Positions 17,841-28,047 of a stretch of DNA of 64,000 nucleotides are shown here, one piece after another (positions within the stretch are counted from its first letter, which is position 1; each line of letters starts with the position of its first letter). This DNA is from Bacilli bacterium. GTDB taxonomy: Bacteria > Bacillota_I > Bacilli_A > RF39 > UBA660. The position numbers were made by a program, and so were the translations under genes. The notes below the pieces were generated by a model. It had not been told where the DNA came from, did no database searches, and saw only the letters and a list, made by a program, of their open reading frames with translations. Location of the stretch: NCBI GenBank assembly GCA_051872655.1, contig JBJEEB010000021.1:2535-66534 (forward strand), written 5' to 3'.

Positions 17841-18674
17841 CTATTTACCTCCGATAAAGGATTTGTAGTTATTATATCTAGAAGGAAGTATCTTTCCTTC
17901 TTCAAGTAATTTTTTGACGTAGCAGGCATCTTCTTTAATATGCATACAATCTCTATATTTACAATATTCTAAATTATCAAACATTTCTTTCATATTATCT
18001 CTTATATCCATCTTAGTCATTTCTCTAAAGTCTATTGATGAAAATCCTGGAGTATCCGCGATTAGGGCACCATCTACATCATATAATGTTGTACACCTTG
18101 TAGTATGTTTTCCTCTACCTAAAGCTTTAGATATTTCATTTGTTTCTAAAGATAAGTTTTTATCTAGTCTATTTAATAGAGATGATTTTCCTGCTCCTGA
18201 CTGGCCTGCAATTACTACTTTTTTGTTCTTTATTATTTTTTTTATTTCTTTGACATTGGTATTTTCTACTACTGTATAACCAATATCCTTATAATAAGTC
18301 ATTATTTTTTTTATTTCTTTTGTCTCTTCTTCATTTAATAAATCTAACTTTGTTAAACAAATTATTGGCTTTATATTATTAAATGATATTATTGTTAATA
18401 GTTTATCTAATAGATTACTATCAAAGTTTGGTTCTTTTACTGATACTGCAATTAGGGCTATATCAATATTGGCAATGGGAGGTCTAATAAGAGAGTTTTT
18501 TCTTGGTTTTATTTCTAATAAGTATTTATTTATATCATCAATTACTACTGTATCTCCTACTAAGGGAATAATCTTTTCATTTCTAAATTTCCCTCTTGGC
18601 TTGCATATATATATTCCATTTTGTGTTCTTACTGTGTAATCATTACTCTGATTTTTTATTATTATTCCTTCCAT
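17841..18674 (-). CDS. rsgA: Ribosome small-subunit-dependent GTPase A
   Basis: ORF track, 277 aa. It shows the permuted GTPase order (LTKLDL then GQSGAGKSSLLN), DTPGF, and a C-terminal zinc knuckle C..C.H..C. Confidence 0.85.
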   Translation of the reverse strand: MEGIIIKNQSNDYTVRTQNGIYICKPRGKFRNEKIIPLVGDTVVIDDINKYLLEIKPRKNSLIRPPIANIDIALIAVSVKEPNFDSNLLDKLLTIISFNNIKPIICLTKLDLLNEEETKEIKKIMTYYKDIGYTVVENTNVKEIKKIIKNKKVVIAGQSGAGKSSLLNRLDKNLSLETNEISKALGRGKHTTRCTTLYDVDGALIADTPGFSSIDFREMTKMDIRDNMKEMFDNLEYCKYRDCMHIKEDACYVKKLLEEGKILPSRYNNYKSFIGGK

Positions 18675-18683
18675 TTATACTCC

Positions 18684-20462
18684 TTACCCATTTGTTTTAT
18701 CATCACTAGGTAGTAGAGGATCAGTTGGATTATTTTCTTTATCATTGTCTTCTTTTTTCTCTGGTTTCTTTGATATTGTTACTTTTAGTGTGTATCCTTC
18801 ATATATTGGATCTCCTACTGCTCTATTTTGTGATAATACTATATTTTCTTCAACTTCTTCTGTTTCTTTAAATGATTTATCTAGTGTTAGGTTGTATTCT
18901 TTAGCAAAGTCTTCTACTTGAGTTAATGTCCATTTTTCTTTAACCATATCTGGATATACATCAACTTCAGGTATGTATAATACTACGGTATCATTATTAT
19001 ATAGTTTTGTTTCTTCTTCGCTATTGAATGCTGGTTCTTGGCTTATTATTAGATCTTCTTTATCTTTATATTCTGAAGCATTTTCTACTGATTTGGTTTT
19101 CATTTCTACTTTAACGCCTTTTGCTTCTAGTTTACCTTTTACTTCATAATAATTTTGACCTGTATAATCTTCAAGTATTATATATTCTTTACCACTAGAT
19201 TCCACTATTGTTATAGTACTTTTCTTTGTTCTTGTAGAACCTGCTTTAGGTTCAGTTCTTATAACTTTACCTTCTTCAACAGTAGTACTTTCTTCAGTTT
19301 TAGTAGTATATTCTAATCCTGTTTCTTTTATTTTCTTTATTGCTTCTTCTGTAGTTAATCCAACTACATCAGGAACTTTTACTTCTTTTACATCTTTACT
19401 TGTTATTAAAAGATATACTCCTGCTAGTACTATTAAAGTTCCTAAAAGAACTACTGCTAGAATAATTGGTAATTTATTTTTTTCATTCTTTTCGTTTAGT
19501 ACTGAATTATCATTAGATTCTTCTTCTTTTTCTAAAGGCTTATCTACTACTGATTTTGTTTCTTTAGTTATTTGTGGTATAACTTTAGTCTCCTCTAAAT
19601 CATTTTCAGGATATTCATATACCAATCTTTTTTCATTATCTCTTTGTAATGCTGTTTGTAAGTCTTTATACATATCTCTAACATTATCATATCTGTTTTT
19701 AGGATTTTTAGCAGTTGCTTTTAATACTATATTTTCAACAGACTGTGGTATTGTTGGATTTTGTTTTCTAATACTAGGTATTTTTTCTTTCATATGTTTT
19801 AATGCTATTTCAACAGCAGTATCACCTTTAAATGGTACTGATCCTGTTAGAAGTTCATACATTAATATTCCTAATGAATAAATATCACTCTTAACGGTAG
19901 ATCCTTTTCCATTAGCCTGCTCTGGTGGAAGATAATGTACTGACCCCATTACTGAATTTGTTTGAGTTAACTGAGTTGAATTTAATGCCATTGCTATTCC
20001 AAAGTCAGTTATTTTTATTAATCCGTTATCTTCGATCATTATATTTTGTGGTTTAATGTCTCTGTGTATAATATAAGCATCATGAGCATGTGCAAGGCCA
20101 TCAGTTAACTGAAGCATTATATCTATTACTTCATTTAGAGTAAGTGCTCCCCTTTTTTGAAGTAATTGTTTTAGTGTTTTTCCTTCAATATATTCCATTA
20201 CTATGTAGTAATTACCTTCTTCTTCTCCAACATCATAAACTTCAACAATATTTGGATGTGATAAGTTTGATACTGATAGTGCTTCTCTTTTGAAACGTCT
20301 TATAAATTTTTCATCATTAGAAAGATCTCCTCGTAATACTTTTATTGCTACTTTTCTATCTAAAATAGTATCGTTTGCTAAATAAACATTAGCCATACCA
20401 CCTTCGCCAATTGTTTTAATAATTTCATATCTATCATTAATTTTTTGACCTTTTGATAGCAT
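18684..20462 (-). CDS. prkC: Ser/Thr protein kinase with PASTA repeats
   Basis: ORF track, 592 aa. It has a Hanks kinase core (GEGGMANVY, VAIK, HRDIKPQN, DFGIA), one TM helix, and repeated PASTA-like modules (VPDVVGLT.., LEDYTGQN.., VYPDMV..). Confidence 0.9.
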   Translation of the reverse strand: MLSKGQKINDRYEIIKTIGEGGMANVYLANDTILDRKVAIKVLRGDLSNDEKFIRRFKREALSVSNLSHPNIVEVYDVGEEEGNYYIVMEYIEGKTLKQLLQKRGALTLNEVIDIMLQLTDGLAHAHDAYIIHRDIKPQNIMIEDNGLIKITDFGIAMALNSTQLTQTNSVMGSVHYLPPEQANGKGSTVKSDIYSLGILMYELLTGSVPFKGDTAVEIALKHMKEKIPSIRKQNPTIPQSVENIVLKATAKNPKNRYDNVRDMYKDLQTALQRDNEKRLVYEYPENDLEETKVIPQITKETKSVVDKPLEKEEESNDNSVLNEKNEKNKLPIILAVVLLGTLIVLAGVYLLITSKDVKEVKVPDVVGLTTEEAIKKIKETGLEYTTKTEESTTVEEGKVIRTEPKAGSTRTKKSTITIVESSGKEYIILEDYTGQNYYEVKGKLEAKGVKVEMKTKSVENASEYKDKEDLIISQEPAFNSEEETKLYNNDTVVLYIPEVDVYPDMVKEKWTLTQVEDFAKEYNLTLDKSFKETEEVEENIVLSQNRAVGDPIYEGYTLKVTISKKPEKKEDNDKENNPTDPLLPSDDKTNG

Positions 20463-21202
20463 TATAAATCACCACTTTCCTTTTTTAGATAAGCAATTGA
20501 TATATTATCTGTACCTCCACGCATATTACTTTTTTTAATTAGTTTCTCTACTTGTTCTTCAATAGAACTTTTATTATTTAATACTTTTTCTATTTGATCA
20601 TCAGCAACCATATTTGTTAATCCATCACTACATAGAAATAATCCAGATACTGCTGTATCAACATCAAATATATCTATTTCTATTGGATCATTTGCTCCTA
20701 GTGCTCTTGTAAGTAAATTTTTTCTAGGGTGGAATTTTGCCTGCTCTGGTGTTAATTCTCCAGTTGATACAAGTAAATTTACTAGTGTATGATCTTTAGT
20801 AATTTTATGTAATAATCCATTTTTCATTACATATCCTGATGAATCACCTATATTTCCATAAAGTATATAGTCATCAGTTTTAACTGCTATTACTAATGTT
20901 GTTCCCATTCCTTTGCTTTCTGGATGATTTTTTGTATAATCAAATATTTTATTATTAATTTCTTTTACTATATGACGAAGATAATCTATTGCATCTTCTT
21001 TTTTTCCTAATGTTTCTAATTTTTCAAAGCTTTCTCTAATATATTCAATTGCTATATTAGAAGCTACTTCTCCAGCTTTGTGGCCTCCCATTCCATCTGC
21101 TACTGCAAGAATAAACTCATTCTTTTTATTATTTAATATAATTACATTATCTTCATTATGTGTCCTTACTTTACCAGCGTCGGTCATATAAAATGTCTGC
21201 AT
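20462..21202 (-). CDS. prpC: PP2C-family Ser/Thr phosphatase
   Basis: ORF track, 246 aa. Motifs are VADGMGGH, GMGTT, LCSDGL and GGTDNIS. It overlaps the prkC start by 1 nt. Confidence 0.87.
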   Translation of the reverse strand: MQTFYMTDAGKVRTHNEDNVIILNNKKNEFILAVADGMGGHKAGEVASNIAIEYIRESFEKLETLGKKEDAIDYLRHIVKEINNKIFDYTKNHPESKGMGTTLVIAVKTDDYILYGNIGDSSGYVMKNGLLHKITKDHTLVNLLVSTGELTPEQAKFHPRKNLLTRALGANDPIEIDIFDVDTAVSGLFLCSDGLTNMVADDQIEKVLNNKSSIEEQVEKLIKKSNMRGGTDNISIAYLKKESGDL

Positions 21203-21206
21203 AACT

Positions 21207-22229
21207 TCACTCCTCTTTTATTTTAGCTCTTAACTGTCCACAGGCAGCATCAACATTTGTGCCAAACTCTTTTCTTATAGTTACATTTATATTATTTTTC
21301 TTAAGTATATCATAAAACTGTAAAATTTTCCACTGTTTTGTCCTTTTAAAACCAATATTTTCTGTTTCATTATATGGTATTAAATTTACATAGCAGTTTA
21401 TTCCTTTTAAGAGTTTTGCTAATTCTTTAGCCTCTTTTTCTCCATCATTTATATCTTCTAACATAATATATTCAAAAGTTACCCTTCTATTAGTAAGTAA
21501 TATGTATTCTTTAATTGTATCTAATAGTTCTTTTATAGGATATGCTTTATTTATTTTCATTATTTTATTTCTTAATTCGTCATTAGGAGCATGCAAACTA
21601 ATAGCTAAATTTACTTGTCCTTCTTCTTTCATAAACTTTTTAATACCAGGAATTACACCGCATGTTGAAATAGTTATATGTCTAGATCCTATGTCTATTC
21701 CTTTACCACAATTTATTATTTTAACAAATCTCATAACATTATCATAGTTATCAAATGGTTCTCCTATTCCCATAACAACAACATGTGATATTCTTTTCTT
21801 AATATCTTCTTCAATAAGAAGTATCTGCTGTACTATTTCGTAAGCTAATAAATCTCTTACCTTCTTTAATCTTCCACTTTCACAAAATGCACAAGACATA
21901 TTGCATCCAACTTGTGATGAAACACAAATACTTATTCCATAATCGTGAAACATTAATACTGATTCTATTTTGTTATGATCTTCTAATTCAAATAAATATT
22001 TATTTACTTCTTCACTTTCTTGTTTAATTACCATTTTTATTTTATACATAGAAAAATTATTTTTTAGTTTTTCTCTTAATTCTTTACTAATATTGGTCAT
22101 TTCATCAAATGAAGTATATCTTTTCTTATATAATCCTTCATATACTTGCACTGCTCGAAATGGTTTTTCATTTATACTTATAAAATATTCTTCTAATTCT
22201 TTTAATGTTAAATCATATATATTTCTCAT
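21207..22229 (-). CDS. rlmN: 23S rRNA/tRNA A2503 methyltransferase, radical SAM
   Basis: ORF track, 340 aa. It has CNMSCAFCESG (CxxxCxxC) and a C-terminal catalytic Cys (DAACGQL). Confidence 0.9.
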   Translation of the reverse strand: MRNIYDLTLKELEEYFISINEKPFRAVQVYEGLYKKRYTSFDEMTNISKELREKLKNNFSMYKIKMVIKQESEEVNKYLFELEDHNKIESVLMFHDYGISICVSSQVGCNMSCAFCESGRLKKVRDLLAYEIVQQILLIEEDIKKRISHVVVMGIGEPFDNYDNVMRFVKIINCGKGIDIGSRHITISTCGVIPGIKKFMKEEGQVNLAISLHAPNDELRNKIMKINKAYPIKELLDTIKEYILLTNRRVTFEYIMLEDINDGEKEAKELAKLLKGINCYVNLIPYNETENIGFKRTKQWKILQFYDILKKNNINVTIRKEFGTNVDAACGQLRAKIKEE

Positions 22230-22307
22230 ATTTTCACTTCTAACTTTCCATTATTATTATATCAAAAAAAACATGCTATTAAAACATGTTTTCATTATTT
22301 TTAAATT

Positions 22308-22844
22308 TTATTTATCTTCTTGATGATGTGAATGTCCTTTTAAACCATATTTTTTTGTAATTGGATCTTTGAATAAGAAATTTTTTATTGGTTGTAATGT
22401 TAGTACCATATAAAAACCAAATATTATAAATAATAGTACTGCTGATAAATATATATAGAAAAATGGTAATGGTTTTATATTTATTATATATTTAAATACT
22501 AAACAACTAATTATTATAGCTAAGTAAAATATTGTTATATCTATTACTAAAATTGATTTTTTTGTAAAGATTTTATATCCATAAAATAATATTGGTATTA
22601 ATAATATTATTACTAATATACTTACCATCTTTGCCACAAAGTAATTAGGATTTAATCCATATACTGCTCCATCATATAATGTCCAAATAAATATTGGAGT
22701 TAGAGCTATCTTAATATGTTCCCATGTGCTTTCATTAACTGCTGCAAAAAGTGATACAACCTTGTTATGATTAGTCCATTCATACATAAAATGTAATAAT
22801 GTTCCTATTAATGATATAAATATTATTCCTATTATTGTTTCCAT
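22308..22844 (-). CDS. Hypothetical polytopic membrane protein
   Basis: ORF track, 178 aa, 5-6 hydrophobic helices, RBS GGAGGAA. No family recognised. Confidence 0.55.
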   Translation of the reverse strand: METIIGIIFISLIGTLLHFMYEWTNHNKVVSLFAAVNESTWEHIKIALTPIFIWTLYDGAVYGLNPNYFVAKMVSILVIILLIPILFYGYKIFTKKSILVIDITIFYLAIIISCLVFKYIINIKPLPFFYIYLSAVLLFIIFGFYMVLTLQPIKNFLFKDPITKKYGLKGHSHHQEDK

Positions 22845-22910
22845 TTATATTCCTCCTACTTAAATATAAGTATATATTATTTATTCTATTATTGCAATTA
22901 GTATATTTAA

Positions 22911-22963
22911 TTTTTGAGACTTAGGCTCAAAAATATTTTCTAGAGATTTTAAGCTCTAGAAAA
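22911..22963. repeat. Tandem-hairpin intergenic repeat, locus 5 (2 hairpins)
   Basis: tttttgag-ACTTAGG-ctcaaaaa and ttttctagag-ATTTTAAG-ctctagaaaa, the second having a degenerate apex. A locally G+C-rich 28-mer follows at 22964-22991. Confidence 0.7.
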
Positions 22964-23002
22964 CGACGAGCAACAAAGTGTGAGGCGAAACTAAAAGAAA
23001 GT

Positions 23003-23569
23003 CTAAGTAAACTTTCTTTCTTTATATTCTTCTAATGTTAGATTATTATTATATATATAATTAGCAATGCTACCTACATATCTAATATGCCATGGTTCAT
23101 AATTATACTTTGTTATATCTTCTTTACCTTCTGGATATCTTAATATAAAACCATATCTATAACAGTTTTGATGAACCCATTTTGTTTCCACTAATTCTTC
23201 TATTTCATGTTCAATATGACATTTTTCATTTCTATATACACAGAAATCTATTGCTAAAGATGTTTGATGTTCTGATTTTCCTGGCTCTGCTATTCTTGTT
23301 ATCGCATAAGTAAAGCCTTTCTCTTCAAGTAAGTTATTATATATTTTCTCTTGATAATCATAATCTCTATATCCACTTTCTATATCAATATGATATCCAT
23401 ATTTTAGAGCATCTTTTTTCATTCTATCAAAAGCTAACTTTACTTCCTTATCTATTAATATTCCATCTTTATATTTGCTTTCTGCATCTACTAAATTATT
23501 AGGTATATGTGCTCTCGGTATGGGATTATCTTTATTTACTAAAATACTATAATCCATAAGTACCTCCAC
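23003..23569 (-). CDS. VanY-type D-alanyl-D-alanine carboxypeptidase (M15B)
   Basis: ORF track, 188 aa. Motifs are SGYRDYDYQ, SEHQTSLAIDF and EPWHIRYVG. Confidence 0.75.
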   Translation of the reverse strand: MEVLMDYSILVNKDNPIPRAHIPNNLVDAESKYKDGILIDKEVKLAFDRMKKDALKYGYHIDIESGYRDYDYQEKIYNNLLEEKGFTYAITRIAEPGKSEHQTSLAIDFCVYRNEKCHIEHEIEELVETKWVHQNCYRYGFILRYPEGKEDITKYNYEPWHIRYVGSIANYIYNNNLTLEEYKERKFT

Positions 23570-23601
23570 TATAATATATGCAATAAAAAAAGAATAGAAT
23601 A

Positions 23602-23925
23602 CTATTTTAATTTATCTATTTTTTTATTTAAATTTTTTATTTCATTATTTAATTCATTTATTCTAGTTTCTAATTCTTTTTTTTGATTGGTTAAGTTATT
23701 ATTATTTAGTTTAACAATATCATAATTTTCTTTTAAATTATTTAATTTATCTATTTCTTCTCTAAGTTCTTTATATTCATTTAAGTATCCTTGTAATTCT
23801 TTATTTTTATTATTTAGAGTTATATTATTATATAAAGTTATTATTAATATTATAAATGCTCCTAGAAAAGAGATAATAGATATTACTTTTAATATTTTAT
23901 TTGTTTTTTTCTTATTTTTTTTCAT
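23602..23925 (-). CDS. Membrane-anchored coiled-coil protein
   Basis: ORF track, 107 aa, with an N-terminal TM helix followed by heptad-like Asn/Lys/Glu/Leu repeats. Its start overlaps the upstream stop by 1 nt (TAATG). Confidence 0.5.
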   Translation of the reverse strand: MKKNKKKTNKILKVISIISFLGAFIILIITLYNNITLNNKNKELQGYLNEYKELREEIDKLNNLKENYDIVKLNNNNLTNQKKELETRINELNNEIKNLNKKIDKLK

Positions 23926-24893
23926 TAGTAATACAAAGCCTTCTTTCCAAAATAATTATATCTTTCTCTAAATACTGATAGTGATTGATATTTTACTTTA
24001 CCTCCAATTGGGTCAGATATTATTACTTTATCAGGAGTGTATCCTATTACTACAACTGCGTGTTCTCCAGCTTTCCAGTATACCCTCTCTCCAGTTGGTT
24101 CATATATCCACGATCTAGATATATATGGTACTGATAAATTCATTGAAGTCCATACCATTACTGGTCTACCTGACTTAACTATTTTTAGAATATCATCAAA
24201 AGATGTTCCTGTGGCAATCTTTATTCCTGGTTTATATATATTTGCTACTTTTGCAATTGGTTTTTCATATACTCCAAATGAATTTTGACTTCTTGGGTCT
24301 CCAATAAACTCTAATTCTGGATTGCCTCCATAAATAACATCATCTTTAGTATAAGGTGTACTTCCTTTATCTAATTTATTTATGATATCATCAGTAGATA
24401 CTGATACTCCATAATATTTAAGTAGTATGGTTAATGCTACTGATTCACATCCTGTTGGATAATCGGGATATTGATTAATTGTGGGAACACCTGATATATA
24501 AGTTGAATTCTTTTCTTCGTATTCTTTGGCTAATCTTTTATATTCGCTTTCAAGAGTGGTTATATTATTTTCAAGGCCTACTATTTCTTCTTCAAGAGAT
24601 GATATATCTTCTTTTAATGTCTTACCAGTTTCTTCTTCATCTAATATCATTTGTTTAATATCATCTACTTTGAAAGCAGTTTCTGAAAATAATTCTTGAA
24701 CTTTTTCATTAGTTTCTTCTTTCTCTTTGTATATACTATCTAAAGATACTTTATTATCCACAATTAAATTATTTTGTCTTAATTCTTCCTCTATTTTATT
24801 ATTTGATAGTATTAATGTTTTATTATCAGTATGTAATATTACTATCTCTATAATTATTAAAATTGAGAAGAAAACTATTAGTATTTTTTTCAT
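23925..24893 (-). CDS. Peptidase_C39-like (YvpB/BtrH-like) cysteine peptidase domain protein with N-terminal anchor and coiled coil
   Basis: ORF track, 322 aa. It contains YPTGCESVALTILLKYYG (catalytic Cys context) ... EHAVVVIGY ... DP. Confidence 0.6.
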   Translation of the reverse strand: MKKILIVFFSILIIIEIVILHTDNKTLILSNNKIEEELRQNNLIVDNKVSLDSIYKEKEETNEKVQELFSETAFKVDDIKQMILDEEETGKTLKEDISSLEEEIVGLENNITTLESEYKRLAKEYEEKNSTYISGVPTINQYPDYPTGCESVALTILLKYYGVSVSTDDIINKLDKGSTPYTKDDVIYGGNPELEFIGDPRSQNSFGVYEKPIAKVANIYKPGIKIATGTSFDDILKIVKSGRPVMVWTSMNLSVPYISRSWIYEPTGERVYWKAGEHAVVVIGYTPDKVIISDPIGGKVKYQSLSVFRERYNYFGKKALYY

Positions 24894-24905
24894 AATAACT
24901 CCTTT

Positions 24906-27002
24906 TTATAATTTATTTATACTTGGATGCCCTTTCATTAATTTTCTAATACCTGTTGGATGAGGAAATGCTACTGTTAAGATTGATTTATCTACACTTA
25001 TTATTACTCCTTCACCAAAATCGGTATGCATAATATGTTCTCCTACTGAATATTCAATATTTTTATCAATTTTTTTCTTTATATTGATACCTATTTTATT
25101 AAGTAGTTTATTTCCATCTATTTCAATATATTCTTTATCTATTTCATTTATAAATCTACTTGGAAGATTTCTACTAGTATTTCCAAATAACATACGTGTA
25201 TCTGCTGATGTTATATATAGTTTTTTCTTAGCTCTTGTAATGGCTACATAGCATAGTCTTCTTTCTTCTTCAATAGCAGAATTACTTCCATCATTGATTG
25301 CATTATAATGTGGAAATATTCCTTCTTCCATACCAATTATGAATACATAGTCAAACTCAAGTCCTTTTACTGAGTGAACAGTCATTAAACTTACTCTACT
25401 GGAACTATCTTGATGTTCTGTTATGTCGCTGACTAAAGATATTTCTTCAAGAAATTCTTCAAGATTTGCTGTACCATACTCTTCTTCATAATTCTTAGTA
25501 ACACCTTTGAATTCATTTAAGTTTTCTAATCTTATTTCATCTTCAAGTAGTTTTGAATTAGTAAGTTCTTTCTTGATACCACTCTTTTCTAGAATTGTAT
25601 CTACTAACTCAGTAAGTGAAAGAGACTGACTATCTTGTGTTAATTCTTCAATTAAATTTTTAAATGCTAATTCTTTACCTGAGGTTATTGCTTCATAGAT
25701 GGAAGTATTAGATGATTCGGCAGTATTAATTAAATTTTCAATGGTTTTTTCACCAATTCCTCTTTTAGGTGTATTTATTATTCTGAGTAAACTTACATCG
25801 TCTTTATGATTACTTATTAGTCTTAAATAACATAATAAATCTTTTATTTCTTTTCTATTATAGAAGTAGAAACTACCTACCACTCGATACTTGATGTTTT
25901 TCTTTAACATTTCTTCTTCTATTGTTCTTGACTGTGCATTGGTTCGATATAAGACTGCTATATCTTCTTCTTTTACTCCTTTTGATAGTAATGTTTTAAT
26001 TTCTTCTACTACAAAAGATGCTTCTTCTTTTTCGTTAGATACTTTTTTATATTTTATTTTATCTCCTTCTTCATTATTACTCCAAAGGTTTTTATCTTTT
26101 CTTTCATGGTTATTTTTTATAACACTATTAGCGGCATTTAATATATTTTTAGTAGAACGATAATTTTCTTCAAGTAAAATTGTTTCACATTCTGGATAAT
26201 CTTTCTCAAAATTTAAAATATTTTTATAATTTGCTCCTCGGAAAGCATATATTGCTTGATCATTATCTCCTACTACAAATATATTCCGATACTTTGAAGA
26301 TAATAATCTACTGAAAGTGTATTGGGCTTCATTGGTATCTTGATATTCATCTATTAAAATATATTTGTATCTTTCTTGATAATCATTTAAAATATTGGGA
26401 TAATTTTTAAATAGTTTTATTGGTAATATTAATAAATCATCAAAGTCAACAGAATTTCCTTGTTTTAATTTTTTTTGATATATTTTATATACTTCTACTA
26501 TTTTATGATCAAACTCTATTTTAGAAAATTTATCTATATCCATCATTTCATTTTTAGCAGAACTTATCTTATTTCTTATTTCTCTTGGATTATAATTTTC
26601 TTTATTCATATTTAGATCTTTCATTATTTTTTTTATAATAGTAAGAGCATCATCACTATCTATTATAGTGAAGTTTCTTTCATATCCTAAGAGAGCATAA
26701 TTTTCTTTTAATATTTTGACTCCTAAAGAATGAAATGTTGATATTTGAATATTATTGGCAGAGTCTCCTATTAAATTTACTACTCTATCTTTCATTTCTT
26801 TAGCAGCTTTATTTGTAAATGTTATAGCTAAAATATTATATGGACTTACTCCATTTTCTATTAAATTTGCTATTCTATTAGTAAGAACTTTTGTTTTTCC
26901 TGAACCTGCTCCTGCAAGTACTAACATAGGTCCTTTTATATGGTTAACAGCTTTCTGCTGATTAGGATTTAATTCTAATGTCTTCATCATGCTTAACCTC
27001 AT
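24906..27002 (-). CDS. pcrA: ATP-dependent DNA helicase PcrA (UvrD family)
   Basis: ORF track, 698 aa. Motifs are AGAGSGKTKVLTNR, TFTNKAA, DEYQDTN, VGDNDQAIYAFRGA, YRT, and VHSVKGLEF..VAITRAK. Confidence 0.92.
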   Translation of the reverse strand: MRLSMMKTLELNPNQQKAVNHIKGPMLVLAGAGSGKTKVLTNRIANLIENGVSPYNILAITFTNKAAKEMKDRVVNLIGDSANNIQISTFHSLGVKILKENYALLGYERNFTIIDSDDALTIIKKIMKDLNMNKENYNPREIRNKISSAKNEMMDIDKFSKIEFDHKIVEVYKIYQKKLKQGNSVDFDDLLILPIKLFKNYPNILNDYQERYKYILIDEYQDTNEAQYTFSRLLSSKYRNIFVVGDNDQAIYAFRGANYKNILNFEKDYPECETILLEENYRSTKNILNAANSVIKNNHERKDKNLWSNNEEGDKIKYKKVSNEKEEASFVVEEIKTLLSKGVKEEDIAVLYRTNAQSRTIEEEMLKKNIKYRVVGSFYFYNRKEIKDLLCYLRLISNHKDDVSLLRIINTPKRGIGEKTIENLINTAESSNTSIYEAITSGKELAFKNLIEELTQDSQSLSLTELVDTILEKSGIKKELTNSKLLEDEIRLENLNEFKGVTKNYEEEYGTANLEEFLEEISLVSDITEHQDSSSRVSLMTVHSVKGLEFDYVFIIGMEEGIFPHYNAINDGSNSAIEEERRLCYVAITRAKKKLYITSADTRMLFGNTSRNLPSRFINEIDKEYIEIDGNKLLNKIGINIKKKIDKNIEYSVGEHIMHTDFGEGVIISVDKSILTVAFPHPTGIRKLMKGHPSINKL

Positions 27003-27096
27003 CTTTCTTTATTTCATTGTATCATTAATGTTAACTTTAGTAAAGGAATTAGTGTATTTATTTTTTTTATTTTACATAACAAAAAGAGAAAGTATT

Positions 27097-28047
27097 TTAT
27101 TTCTTTCTCCTGAATAATTTAACTATGAATTTTATTATTTTATCTAATAGCCATAATAATGGATTTTCTTTATTTTGACATGGAATATTTTCTTCATCTA
27201 TTGTATCTTTATTTTTATTATCTTCTATTTCTTTGTTTTCTCCACTCGGTTTATTATCAATATTTTTGTTATCGTCATCTTCACTTTTATTTATTTCTTC
27301 TTCAGGGGTAGTAATAGGATTATTATCTGGTACTAATGACTCTTCTGTAGTAAACTTACTATATTCATCTGTCCAAGCGGCATCATAATAAGTATTAGTA
27401 TCTCCTAGCGCCATATAAAGTCCTTTATTATAATGATATTTTTTTACTACTGATTTTGTATTTTTATTTAATAGCATTAATTTACCACCATATCCTGCAG
27501 TTTCGTGTAAGTATAAGTCTTCTTTGTTATATATTACTTCACCTACAATAAATGGTCTAGGTCTTGTTTCTGATAGTTTACTTTTGATCATATTTAGGAA
27601 TCTGTCCCATCCTAAATCTAAAGTTCTATGTGGACAGTATTTATTAGTATAATCTTGATGTTTTGTTACTTTATCTATATCCCAGTTATATCTATTTAAT
27701 ATATCTACGATTAGATCTACTGCATTTTGTTCTGCCTTTAAAAATTTTTCTCCACCTGATTTAGAATAGCATATTTCTATTGCAATTCCTTCTCTATTAC
27801 CTTTACCATTTCCATCAGAAGCATGCCATCCATTTCTATTTTCAGGTAATCCTTGAACTATTTCTTTATCATCTACTGCATAGTGAAATGACGTCTCGTA
27901 ATCATTATTTGTCATATAACTTATTTCGTTTCTAGCTGTAGCATCGTTCGCGGTATTATGAACTACTATTCTAGTAGGAGTCATCTCATAAGGGCATTTT
28001 AGATAATATCTATTTTCTGGTACTATTTTTTTTATAATATTAACCAT
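27097..28047 (-). CDS. N-acetylmuramoyl-L-alanine amidase (Amidase_2/PGRP fold, XlyA/CwlA-like endolysin type) with acidic linker and C-terminal cationic amphipathic helix
   Basis: ORF track, 316 aa. The strings VVHNTANDATARNEISYM, SFHYAVDD, GIAIEICYSKSGG and TKHQDYTNKYCPHR closely parallel B. subtilis XlyA/CwlA. The tail reads NPLLWLLDKIIKFIVKLFRRKK. Confidence 0.85.
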   Translation of the reverse strand: MVNIIKKIVPENRYYLKCPYEMTPTRIVVHNTANDATARNEISYMTNNDYETSFHYAVDDKEIVQGLPENRNGWHASDGNGKGNREGIAIEICYSKSGGEKFLKAEQNAVDLIVDILNRYNWDIDKVTKHQDYTNKYCPHRTLDLGWDRFLNMIKSKLSETRPRPFIVGEVIYNKEDLYLHETAGYGGKLMLLNKNTKSVVKKYHYNKGLYMALGDTNTYYDAAWTDEYSKFTTEESLVPDNNPITTPEEEINKSEDDDNKNIDNKPSGENKEIEDNKNKDTIDEENIPCQNKENPLLWLLDKIIKFIVKLFRRKK

